From the NCBI GenBank assembly GCA_963811675.1, contig CAWESH010000007.1, forward strand, positions 164,784 through 228,783: DNA of 64,000 nt, read 5' to 3'. The stretch is from an uncultured Actinomycetes bacterium. GTDB taxonomy: Bacteria > Actinomycetota > Thermoleophilia > Gaiellales > JAICJC01. The translations under genes were made by a program, and so were the position numbers. This document shows, piece by piece, positions 9,761 to 18,659 of this stretch. Within the stretch, counting starts at the first letter, position 1. Every line of letters begins with the position of its first letter. Under the pieces are notes generated by a model. That model was not told the DNA's origin. It ran no database searches and worked only from the letters and a program-made list of their open reading frames with translations.

Positions 9761-10707
9761 TTGCCTTCAGCGACCATGCGCGAGCTGCTCGAGGCCGGAG
9801 TGCATTTCGGTCATCAGACGCGGCGATGGAATCCCAAGATGCGCCGATTCATCTTCGGCGAGCGAAACGGCATCTACATCATCGACTTGCAGCAGACCTC
9901 CGATCTGCTCGACGATGCCGCCCAGTACCTGCGAAATATCGGTGAACGCAACGGCAGCGTGCTGTTCGTGGGCACCAAGAAGCAGTGCCAGGACGCCGTC
10001 GAGACGCACGCCGGCCGGGTCGGCCAGCCCTACGTTAACCACCGCTGGCTGGGTGGGCTTCTGACGAACTACCGCACCATCCAGGATCGCATCGCGGCCC
10101 TGCACGAGCTCCGCCGCCAGAAGAGTGACGGCCAGCTGGAGCTGCTGCCGGCCAAGGAGCGGCAGGTCGCGCTGTCCAATCTGGAAAAGCTCGAGACCAA
10201 CCTCGGAGGCGTCGCCGACACGCGCAAGCTCCCCGACGCAGTGGTCGTGATCGACATGAAGAAGGAGGCGCTGGCGGTGCGTGAGGCCCGGCGGCTCCAC
10301 ATCCCCGTGGTCGGATTGGTCGACACCAACTGCGATCCCGACGACGCCGATTTCGTGATCCCCGGAAACGACGACGCGATCCGCTCGTCCGACCTGATCG
10401 TGCGGGTACTCGCAGACGCCGTCGCCGACGGCCGCAACCTCGGCATCAAGGCCGCTGACTTCGCCGCAGCCCAGGCGGCCGCCGAAGCTGCCGCCGCCGA
10501 GGCGGCCGCCGAAGCCGAGGCAGCCGGCGAGGCCGCTCCCGATGCGGAGGCGCAGCCTGCCGCCGAAGCCGAGGCCGAGAGCTGCTCCTGCGGCCGAGGC
10601 TGCTGCGGTGGCTGAGCCGGAGGCCGCGCCGGCAGCGGAGGCCGAGCCCGAGCCCGTCGCAGAGGCCGCCGCCGAACCGGCGGGCGACGAGTGGGGAGGC
10701 CGAGTGA
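9761..10707 (+). CDS. rpsB: 30S ribosomal protein S2 with Ala/Glu/Pro-rich tail (indels in tail; likely true stop 10705-10707)
   Basis: LLEAGVHFGHQTRRWNPKM, RWLGGLLTN, DTNCDP, PGNDDAIRS. Confidence 0.97.
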
Positions 10708-11324
10708 GCGACGCTACCTATACGCCCTCGGCCGTCGAGGTCAAGGCCCTGCGTGAGACCACCCAGGCGGGCATGATGGACTGCAAGCGGGCGCTGGCCG
10801 AAGTCGGCGGCGACATGGACGCAGCGGTCAAGCTGCTGCGCGAGAAGGGCATCGCCTCGGCCGGCAAGCGCTCGGGGCGAGGCACCGGCGAAGGTCTGAT
10901 TGAGACGTATGTGCATGCGGGCGGCCGGATCGGATCGATGGTCGAAGTCGGATGCGAGACCGACTTTGTCGCGCGCACAGACGATTTCCGCGGGTTTTGC
11001 CGCAAGGTCGCCTTGCAGATCGCCGCTGCCCGTGACCTGCGGTTCGTGTCGGAGGCCGACATCCCGGAGGACTTCAAGGCGGCTGAGCTCGAGATCTTTC
11101 AGGCCAAGGCCGCTGCGGAGGGCAAGCCCGAGGCGATGCTGGAGAAGATCGCGGCCGGCATGTGGACGAAGTCTCTGACCGACTACGTGCTGGCCAACCA
11201 GCCGTCGATCCGGCCGGAGGACGACGGAAAGACGATCGAGACGCTGCGGGCCGAACTCTCTGGGACGCTCGGCGAGAACATCGAGATCAAGCGCTTCGCG
11301 CGATTTGAGGTGGGCGCCGGGTGA
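10704..11324 (+). CDS. tsf: elongation factor Ts (short form)
   Basis: [42 protein letters not shown]. Confidence 0.96.
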   Translation: MSDATYTPSAVEVKALRETTQAGMMDCKRALAEVGGDMDAAVKLLREKGIASAGKRSGRGTGEGLIETYVHAGGRIGSMVEVGCETDFVARTDDFRGFCRKVALQIAAARDLRFVSEADIPEDFKAAELEIFQAKAAAEGKPEAMLEKIAAGMWTKSLTDYVLANQPSIRPEDDGKTIETLRAELSGTLGENIEIKRFARFEVGAG

Positions 11325-12061
11325 GCGAGTTTCGCAGGATCCTTTTGAAGCTCTCGGGTGAGGCGCTGATGGGAGATCGCGACTACGGCCAGGACCCAGA
11401 TCGAATCGGCGCCATTGCCCGGGCCGTGCACGACGTCGCCGCCGGGGGCGTCGAGCTTGCGATCGTGGTCGGCGGCGGGAACATTCTGCGAGGCACGCAG
11501 GAGGCCGCCAAGGGAATGGATCGAGCCACCGCAGATTACGCCGGCATGCTGGCCACCGTGCTGAACGCGTTGACCGTCCAGGATGCACTGGAGAAGCTGG
11601 GCACCCACACCCGGGTGATGTCGGCGATCGACGTGGCCGAGGTGGCCGAGCCGTATATCCGCCGCCGGGCGATCAGGCATCTCGAGAAGGGCCGGATCGT
11701 AATTTTCGCCGCCGGCACCGGCAATCCGTTCTTTACCACCGACACCGCGGCTGCGCTGCGGGCGCTGGAGATTGGTGCTCAGGCGATTCTGATGGGCAAG
11801 AACGGCGTCGAGGGTGTGATGGACGACGATCCCCGCACCAATCCCGATGCTCGGCTGCTGCCCGACCTGACCCATATCGAAGCGATCGAGCGTGGTCTCA
11901 AGGTGATGGACTCGACCGCGCTTTCGCTGTGCATGGATAATCACGTGCCGCTGTACGTGTTCAACCTCGATGACGAGCGTAACATCGGCAGGGTCGTTGC
12001 CGGCGAACGGGTCGGCACCGTGATCTCGGCTCACAAGGTTCCCGTGGAGGTTTCATCATGA
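11321..12061 (+). CDS. pyrH: UMP kinase
   Basis: [33 protein letters not shown]. Confidence 0.97.
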   Translation: MSEFRRILLKLSGEALMGDRDYGQDPDRIGAIARAVHDVAAGGVELAIVVGGGNILRGTQEAAKGMDRATADYAGMLATVLNALTVQDALEKLGTHTRVMSAIDVAEVAEPYIRRRAIRHLEKGRIVIFAAGTGNPFFTTDTAAALRALEIGAQAILMGKNGVEGVMDDDPRTNPDARLLPDLTHIEAIERGLKVMDSTALSLCMDNHVPLYVFNLDDERNIGRVVAGERVGTVISAHKVPVEVSS

Positions 12062-12615
12062 TCGAGGATGTGCTTTCCGACGCCTCACGGCGGATGGACA
12101 AGAGCGTCGAGGCGACCAAGCACGAGTTCACCACGATCCGCACTGGACGCGCCTCGGCGGCGCTCCTGGATCGCATCCAGGTGAACGCCTACGGCAGCCA
12201 GATGCCCGTCAACCAGCTCGCCACCATCAGCGTGCCGGAGCCTCGCATGCTGACGATCACGCCGTTCGACAAGGGCACCATGAAGGACATCGAGCGGGCG
12301 ATCCTGGAGTCCGACCTCGGCCTCACCCCCGCCAACGACGGTCAGCTGATCCGGCTGCCGATCCCCCAGCTCACCGAGGAGCGCCGCAAGGATCTGGTGA
12401 AACAGGTGCGGCACATGGCCGAGGAGGGCCGAGTGGCGGCCCGCAACATCCGGCGGGACGCGATTCACCACCTCAAGGAGCTCGAGAAAGGTGGCGACGT
12501 CGGCTCCGATGACGTGCACCGCGCGGAGGATCGGCTGCAGAAGCTCACGGACGCTCACACGGCGGCCATCGACTCGGCCCTCAAGGGTAAAGAGGCCGAG
12601 ATCATGGAAGTGTGA
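12058..12615 (+). CDS. frr: ribosome recycling factor
   Basis: [30 protein letters not shown]. Confidence 0.97.
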   Translation: MIEDVLSDASRRMDKSVEATKHEFTTIRTGRASAALLDRIQVNAYGSQMPVNQLATISVPEPRMLTITPFDKGTMKDIERAILESDLGLTPANDGQLIRLPIPQLTEERRKDLVKQVRHMAEEGRVAARNIRRDAIHHLKELEKGGDVGSDDVHRAEDRLQKLTDAHTAAIDSALKGKEAEIMEV

Positions 12616-13382
12616 CCGCGGCGCTTCTGCGCAGGCAGCGGCGGTTGCTGCGCGCGCTGAAACGGACGCGCACAGAGCCGCCCGAGCGGCCGATCGCCGA
12701 TCACGCCGAGAACGTGGCGGTGATCATGGACGGCAACGGCCGCTGGGCGAGGTCTCGCAGTCTGCCGTTACTGGCCGGGCACCGAGCCGGCACCAAAGCG
12801 CTGCGACGCACCGTCGAGGCGGCTCCCGACCTCGGTGTTCGGAGTCTGGCGGTGTACGCGTTTTCGACCGAAAACTGGGGCCGGCCAGACGATGAGGTGG
12901 CCGATCTGATGGCGCTGTTCGAGGAGACCATCCGCGAACAATTCCCCGATCTGCACCGTCAGGGGGTACGCATGCACTTCATCGGTCGGCGCGATCGGTG
13001 CCCGGACAGTCTGCGTGACCTGATGCAGGACATGGAGCAGCGCACCGTCGAAAACACTCGCCTGGATCTGTGGGTCGCGTTCGACTACGGCGCGCGCGAC
13101 GAGATCGTGGCGGCCGCACGCCAATTGGTGGCCGACGGAGTCGATCCCGAGGCGATCGACGAGGAGGCCGTCGCAGCCCGTCTGTACGCTCCCGATATGC
13201 CCGATCCCGACCTGGTGATCCGCACTTCCGGAGAGCTGCGCGTCTCGAACTTCCTGCTGTGGCAGGCCGCATATGCCGAGTTCCACTTCACTCCCACGCT
13301 GTGGCCGGATTTCGACGACGGGGATCTGCGCGAGGCACTCGAGGCCTACGCCGGGCGCAGGCGCAGATTCGGGCGTCGGTGA
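12612..13382 (+). CDS. uppS: undecaprenyl diphosphate synthase
   Basis: IMDGNGRWA, YAFSTENW.RP, DLVIRTSGELRVSNFLLWQ, RRFG. Confidence 0.96.
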   Translation: MTAALLRRQRRLLRALKRTRTEPPERPIADHAENVAVIMDGNGRWARSRSLPLLAGHRAGTKALRRTVEAAPDLGVRSLAVYAFSTENWGRPDDEVADLMALFEETIREQFPDLHRQGVRMHFIGRRDRCPDSLRDLMQDMEQRTVENTRLDLWVAFDYGARDEIVAAARQLVADGVDPEAIDEEAVAARLYAPDMPDPDLVIRTSGELRVSNFLLWQAAYAEFHFTPTLWPDFDDGDLREALEAYAGRRRRFGRR

Positions 13383-14194
13383 ACGCACTGATCTCGCGCG
13401 TGGTGATTGCGGTCCCGCTGCTGATCCTCGCGGTGTACGCGGTGTACGTCGGCGGCTGGGTGATGACCGCCGTTGCGGTCGTGACTGCGGTGGTGGCCGT
13501 GCACGAGCTGTATGTGATGACGCGTGAGTTCCGGCCGCTGATCCCGGCGGGCATGCTGGGAGTGATTCTGATACCGATCGCGATCCACCAGGGCGGCCTG
13601 GCGTGGGCGACCGCACCGCTCTTCGGGGCGCTCTTGCTGGCGTTTTGGCTCTCGGCCGTCGGCGATGTTCGCCAGCACGCGGTGGTGCAGCTGGCGGTGA
13701 CACTTCTGGGCGTGATCTGGGTGGGTCTCGGCCTGGGCCTGCTGGTGGCCATCCGCGACATCCCCGGGCCCGGCGAGTGGGGGCGGGTGCTGCTGCTGGC
13801 GGTGTTCCTGGGGGTGTGGCTGTCGGATACGGCGGCATACCTCTTCGGGCGGATGTTCGGACACCGTCGACTGGCCGGCCAGATCTCGCCCAACAAGACC
13901 GTCGAGGGACTCGTTGCCGGCTTGGTGTGCGGGTTCCTGGCGGTCTTCTTCACGGTCTATCACCAGCCCTCCTCGCAGCCGCTCTCGCCGATCCATGCCA
14001 CCGAGTTCGCGCTTGCGATCACGCTCGCAGGGCCGGTCGGCGACCTGTTCGAGTCGTACCTGAAGCGCGATATGGGCGTCAAGGACACCGGCCGGATCCT
14101 GGGCGGGCACGGAGGCGTGCTGGATCGCATCGACGCGCTGCTGTTCGCCGGAGCGGCGGCATATTTCGTGGCTCTGGCGATTGGACGCGCGTGA
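13379..14194 (+). CDS. cdsA: phosphatidate cytidylyltransferase
   Basis: SDTAAY, ISPNKTVEG, GDLFESYLKR..GVKD.G..LGGHGGVLDRID. Confidence 0.95.
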   Translation: MNALISRVVIAVPLLILAVYAVYVGGWVMTAVAVVTAVVAVHELYVMTREFRPLIPAGMLGVILIPIAIHQGGLAWATAPLFGALLLAFWLSAVGDVRQHAVVQLAVTLLGVIWVGLGLGLLVAIRDIPGPGEWGRVLLLAVFLGVWLSDTAAYLFGRMFGHRRLAGQISPNKTVEGLVAGLVCGFLAVFFTVYHQPSSQPLSPIHATEFALAITLAGPVGDLFESYLKRDMGVKDTGRILGGHGGVLDRIDALLFAGAAAYFVALAIGRA

Positions 14195-14490
14195 TGCGGC
14201 GGCGCAACAAGCTCGGACTGCGCGGCCGGCTGGAGGTCTTCAGCTCGGATCGTGACCTGCTCGGCCAGGCGGTGGCGTCGGTGTGCGAACGACACCCGGA
14301 ACTGGCGGCGGTGGCGCGGTCGGAGTGGTTCGGATGGGAGTTCGACGATCACCGACCGCCGCGATACGCAGCGGTCGGCTGTGATCACCGTGGATTCGTG
14401 GTCGACGCGGTGTCGGGGCACATCCTGTGGGCGGGCGAGATCGCCGGTAAAGCCGAGCTGCCGCGGTCATTGGCAGCCATCGCCCGCTGA
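14194..14490 (+). CDS. hypothetical protein (98 aa), possible PepSY-like fold
   Basis: Start overlaps cdsA stop (GTGATG); fills the cdsA-dxr gap; VVDAVSGHIL resembles the PepSY vDA.tG.il motif. Confidence 0.6.
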   Translation: MRRRNKLGLRGRLEVFSSDRDLLGQAVASVCERHPELAAVARSEWFGWEFDDHRPPRYAAVGCDHRGFVVDAVSGHILWAGEIAGKAELPRSLAAIAR

Positions 14491-14527
14491 TCGGATCCCA
14501 ACCTGCGCTGGTTACACTGATCGCAGA

Positions 14528-15673
14528 ATGAGATCTGTCGCCATTCTCGGAGCCACTGGATCAATCGGCCTGCAGGCGCTCGAGATCGTGGGCGAGCACC
14601 CTGACCTGACGCTCTGCGGGCTGGCCGCTGCCACCAGCGTGGATCCGCTGGTTTCCGCCGCTGAGGCCCATGGAGTGCCGATGATCGCCCTGAGCGACCC
14701 GGCCGCCGCAGCTGCAGCCAAAGCGCGGTTTGCGGGCAGCGTCCTGCAAGGCCCCGGTGCCGCCGCACAGCTGGTGCGCGAATGCGGCGCCGACATCGTG
14801 TTGAACGGTGTCGTGGGGTCTGCGGGGCTGGCCGCCACCCTGGCGGCGTTTGAGAGCGGTGCCGACGTCGCCCTGGCCAACAAGGAGAGCCTGGTTGCCG
14901 GCGGAGCGCTGGTGCTGGAGGCGCGGGACCGCGCTCAGCGTCGTCTATTGCCGGTCGACAGCGAGCACTCCGCGCTTGCGCAGTGTCTCGAGGGCGCAGC
15001 CGAGGGGTCGATCTCCGGCCTCGTGATCACCGCCTCGGGAGGCCCGTTCCGTGGCTGTTCGGAGCAGCAGCTGGCGGGCGTTACCCGCGAGCAGGCGCTC
15101 AACCATCCGACCTGGAACATGGGCGCCAAGATCACCATCGACTCGGCCACTCTCATGAACAAGGGGCTGGAGTTGATCGAGGCCCACCACCTGTTCGGGA
15201 TCGGCTATGAGGCGATCGAGGTGGTCGTCCACCCCCAGTCGATCGTGCATGGGATGGTGCGGTTCCGCGACGGGGCCCTGATCGCACACCTGGGTTTGCC
15301 GGACATGCGGGTACCGATCTCGTGGGCGCTCACCTACCCCCAGCGGGCCGCCACCCCGGCGCCTCGGCTCGACCTGGAATCGGCCTTTTCGCTCGAGTTC
15401 GAGCCACCTGACCTCCACGTGTTTCGATGCCTACAGCTGGCGCGCGATGCCGGCCAGGCGGGTGGCACAGCGCCGTGCGCGCTGAATGCCGCCAACGAGG
15501 TGGCAGTGGCGGCGTTCCTCGCGGGCGGGGTTGGCTTTGCCGATATAGCGGGTGTGGTGGAACAGACTTTGGAGCGCACTGACGTGGCGCCGCTGGTTTC
15601 GCTCGAGCAGGTGCTCGAGGTCGATGCCCGCGCCCGCGGGATCGCCGGCGAACTGGTGGCGGTGGCCGCATGA
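14528..15673 (+). CDS. dxr: 1-deoxy-D-xylulose-5-phosphate reductoisomerase
   Basis: LGATGSIG, LANKESLV, PVDSEH, TASGGPF, HPTWNMGAKITIDSATLMNKGLE. Confidence 0.97.
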   Translation: MRSVAILGATGSIGLQALEIVGEHPDLTLCGLAAATSVDPLVSAAEAHGVPMIALSDPAAAAAAKARFAGSVLQGPGAAAQLVRECGADIVLNGVVGSAGLAATLAAFESGADVALANKESLVAGGALVLEARDRAQRRLLPVDSEHSALAQCLEGAAEGSISGLVITASGGPFRGCSEQQLAGVTREQALNHPTWNMGAKITIDSATLMNKGLELIEAHHLFGIGYEAIEVVVHPQSIVHGMVRFRDGALIAHLGLPDMRVPISWALTYPQRAATPAPRLDLESAFSLEFEPPDLHVFRCLQLARDAGQAGGTAPCALNAANEVAVAAFLAGGVGFADIAGVVEQTLERTDVAPLVSLEQVLEVDARARGIAGELVAVAA

Positions 15674-16926
15674 GCTACGCGATCGCCATTCTCGGCCTGC
15701 TGGCGCTGATCTTCATCCACGAGCTGGGCCACTTTGCCGCAGCCAAGGCGGTCGGCATGCGTGCGCTCAACTTCACCATCGGCTTTCCACCGATCATCGC
15801 CGGCAAACAGTACGGCGACACCGAGTACCGGATCGGGGCGATCCCGCTCGGCGGCTATGTCAAGATCCCGGGAATGCTGCGGCCCGAGGCCGACGATCTG
15901 TATACGATCGACGACCTGCTGGAGCGTCCCGACCAGCTCGACCCGGCTGAGGGGTTGGAATTGTCCAACGCCGTCGACGAGTTTCGCCTCTGCATCAACC
16001 GAAACCAGCACGACGCCGCCGCTGTGGCGCTGGAACGTGTGCGAGCCGCGGTGGCGGTCTGCGACCACTCCTTGACTCCGACCGACCGGCGCAAGGTGAC
16101 TCGCAACATCGCGCGGGTGGAGGAGGCCCTCGATCCGCGCTCGTACTGGCGCTCGAGCCGCACCAACCGGCTGATCGTGATCCTGGCCGGGCCGGCCATG
16201 AACGTGCTGGCGTGCTTCGTGATCCTGGTGGGGCTGTTCATCACCGGTGTTCCCGAGGCCACCAAGACGGTGGCGACGGTGGTCTCACCGAGCCCCGCGG
16301 CGTCCGCCGGACTGAAGCCCGGCGACAAGATCGTGACGGTCAACGGGCGCCACCTCACGCCCGACCAGGCCCACAACGTGATTGTTGCCAGCAACGGGGG
16401 CGTCGTGCGCATCACGGTTGACCGCCACGGCCACGTGATCGCGCTTCCGCCGACCCATACCAAGAAGATCGACGGCGTCTACCGGCTCGGATTCTCGTTC
16501 GGCGTGGCGCCGGTGTCGCACTCGGTGCTCTCGGCTCCGCAGATGGCGACCTCGCAGATGTGGGCGCTGACCACCGGCACCATCGGCGCGCTGGGCAACG
16601 TGGTCACCCCGCAGGGGCGAGCGCAGCTGCACAGCGTGGTGGGAATCACGCGCTACTCGGCCGATGCAGTCGACTACGGCATCTCCAGCTATCTCAGCAT
16701 CTTGGCGTTCATCTCGCTGTCACTGGCGATCTTCAACCTGCTGCCGTTCCTGCCCCTGGACGGCGGCCACGTGCTCATGATCGCGCTCGAGAAGGTGCGC
16801 GGGCGGGCGGTCTCGCAGGCCACCTTCGGCAGGATCTCAGCGGTCGGGATCGCCTTGATGCTGGTGGCGTTTGCGATCGGGCTTCAGAACGATCTCGGCG
16901 GGTTGATCAACACCCAACCGCGGTAG
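15670..16926 (+). CDS. rseP: RseP/M50 site-2 protease with PDZ domain
   Basis: HELGH, IPLGGYV, AGPAMN, PDZ (AGLKPGDKI), FNLLPFLPLDGG. Confidence 0.93.
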   Translation: MSYAIAILGLLALIFIHELGHFAAAKAVGMRALNFTIGFPPIIAGKQYGDTEYRIGAIPLGGYVKIPGMLRPEADDLYTIDDLLERPDQLDPAEGLELSNAVDEFRLCINRNQHDAAAVALERVRAAVAVCDHSLTPTDRRKVTRNIARVEEALDPRSYWRSSRTNRLIVILAGPAMNVLACFVILVGLFITGVPEATKTVATVVSPSPAASAGLKPGDKIVTVNGRHLTPDQAHNVIVASNGGVVRITVDRHGHVIALPPTHTKKIDGVYRLGFSFGVAPVSHSVLSAPQMATSQMWALTTGTIGALGNVVTPQGRAQLHSVVGITRYSADAVDYGISSYLSILAFISLSLAIFNLLPFLPLDGGHVLMIALEKVRGRAVSQATFGRISAVGIALMLVAFAIGLQNDLGGLINTQPR

Positions 16927-16984
16927 TGCCTCGCTAGGCGGTTGACCGCGGGGGTCTGTTCCGGCAGACGGTATCCTCTGCGAG

Positions 16985-18094
16985 ATGGCTTCGCAACGCC
17001 AAATCTCTGTTGGTGGAGTGCTGATCGGCGCAGGTGCGCCGGTGGCGGTGCAGTCGATGACGCTGACCGATACCAGTGATGTCGCCGCCACCGTCGCCCA
17101 GATCACACGACTGGCAGAAGCGGGTTGCGACATCGCGCGGGTGGCGGTGCCCGGCCGTACGGACGCCGATGCGTTGCCGGCGATCGTGGCCGGATCGCCG
17201 TTGCCGGTGATCGCTGACATCCATTTCAACGCCTCGCTGGCGCTGCGCGCGATCGCGGCCGGGGTGGCCGCTGTGCGGATCAACCCCGGCAACATCGGCG
17301 GTGACGACAAGGTCGAGCAGGTGGTGGTCGCCGCCCGAGCGGCAGGTATCCCCATGCGGATCGGCGCCAACTCCGGCTCGCTTCCCGACCATCTCCGCCA
17401 GTTTGCGACCAACGACCCCGCGGGGGCGCTGGTCGAGGCGGCGCTGGAGGAGGTGCGGCTGCTGGAACGGCTTGGGTACCGCGACTTCAAGATCTCGGTC
17501 AAGAGCTCGTCGGTTCCGGTCATGATCGACGCCTACAAGCGGCTGGCAGACAAGGTGCCGTATCCACTGCACCTGGGCGTCACCGAGGCCGGCCCGGTGT
17601 TCACCGGCACCGTCAAGAGCTCGATCGGGATCGGCAGCCTGCTGGCGATGGGCATCGGCGACACCATCCGGGTGTCGCTCACCGCCGACCCGGTGGAGGA
17701 GGTCAAGGTGGCCTGGGAGATGCTGCGGGTGCTGGGTCTGCGGCACAAGGGCCCGGTGATGATCGCCTGCCCGTCGTGCGGTCGCACGAACGTGGATGTG
17801 CTCGACCTGGCCGAGCGCGTCGAACGCCGCCTGGAGGGCTACGACGAGGTGTTCGAGGTGGCCGTCATGGGCTGCGCGGTGAACGGCCCGGGGGAGGCCG
17901 GTGACGCCGACTTCGGCATCGCCGGCGGGCGGGACGCCGGCTTCATCTACGCCCACGGCGAGGTGCTGCGCAAGGTGCCCCAGGCGGCGCTGGTGGAAGA
18001 GCTGTTCAGTGAGGTCGACGCCTGGATCGCCGGCGGTATGGTGCGGCCCCAGCGCAAGACCCGGAAGCTGACGCTCCCGGTCGTCAGCGCCTGA
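16985..18094 (+). CDS. ispG: HMBPP synthase
   Basis: VQSMT, IADIHF, RINPGN, LHLGVTEAG, IGDTIRVSL, CPSCGR, MGCAVNGPGE. Confidence 0.97.
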   Translation: MASQRQISVGGVLIGAGAPVAVQSMTLTDTSDVAATVAQITRLAEAGCDIARVAVPGRTDADALPAIVAGSPLPVIADIHFNASLALRAIAAGVAAVRINPGNIGGDDKVEQVVVAARAAGIPMRIGANSGSLPDHLRQFATNDPAGALVEAALEEVRLLERLGYRDFKISVKSSSVPVMIDAYKRLADKVPYPLHLGVTEAGPVFTGTVKSSIGIGSLLAMGIGDTIRVSLTADPVEEVKVAWEMLRVLGLRHKGPVMIACPSCGRTNVDVLDLAERVERRLEGYDEVFEVAVMGCAVNGPGEAGDADFGIAGGRDAGFIYAHGEVLRKVPQAALVEELFSEVDAWIAGGMVRPQRKTRKLTLPVVSA

Positions 18095-18100
18095 CGGTCG

Positions 18101-18253
18101 CTACTCCGCTGTTTGGTGCTCTTCGCACCAGCGTGCGAATCGCAGATGCTTGGCCAGGTACGAGTTGATCTCAGCCATCCCGTACTCGATCCAGTCACCG
18201 ATGAAGCGGTCGTCGATCTCGATCTCTGATGTGGTGTCGGGGTTCGCGTCCAT
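18101..18253 (-). CDS. small hypothetical protein (50 aa)
   Basis: MDANPDTTSEIEIDDRFIGDWIEYGMAEINSYLAKHLRFARWCEEHQTAE; non-shadow composition, GC-rich third positions, converges on ispG. Confidence 0.65.
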   Translation of the reverse strand: MDANPDTTSEIEIDDRFIGDWIEYGMAEINSYLAKHLRFARWCEEHQTAE

Positions 18254-18364
18254 GGGAAGGATGTCGCCCTCCACAGGTCCTCTTCCGATCACCGAGATGA
18301 GGTATTGGCGAACTCGGAAAGCGGTAACCTGCCGGCGCCCGCGGCCTCGGCTACAGTAGGCCGC

Positions 18365-18607
18365 ATGTTCAATTCACGGAAAGCAGCAATCGGGTATGCG
18401 ACCTCGGTCGCGACGGTGCGCACACTGCGGAACGTGGGCATTAGTCGCAAGGCCCAGGGGATCGTCGATCGCACGCTGCGAAGCTCTCAGGAGCGCCGCC
18501 GCAAGCGTCGGCGCACGGCCGTGATTGGAGGGGCAGCGGCCTTCACCACGGCCGCCGTCATCACCTCGGCCGGGCTGGTTCTCCGCCATCGCATGGCGGG
18601 TCAGTAA
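18365..18607 (+). CDS. small basic protein with C-terminal hydrophobic segment (80 aa)
   Basis: TACAGT -10 box 7 nt before ATG; RRRKRRR then hydrophobic helix; followed by strong hairpin. Confidence 0.6.
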   Translation: MFNSRKAAIGYATSVATVRTLRNVGISRKAQGIVDRTLRSSQERRRKRRRTAVIGGAAAFTTAAVITSAGLVLRHRMAGQ

Positions 18608-18612
18608 TTTGT

Positions 18613-18643
18613 CGAGCGGGGGCGGCTCCGTCGCCCCCGCTCG
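18613..18643 (+). terminator. GC-rich hairpin, probable intrinsic terminator
   Basis: CGAGCGGGGGCG / CGCCCCCGCTCG 12-bp stem right after the 18607 stop; no U-tract. Confidence 0.55.
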
Positions 18644-18659
18644 GTAGACTCAAAAACCC

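Noticed and set aside
10542-11324. EF-Ts with long Ala/Glu N-terminal extension, or rpsB-tsf fusion
   Set aside because: The extension is the frameshifted low-complexity S2 tail; GTGA at 10704-10707 gives a normal stop/start overlap.
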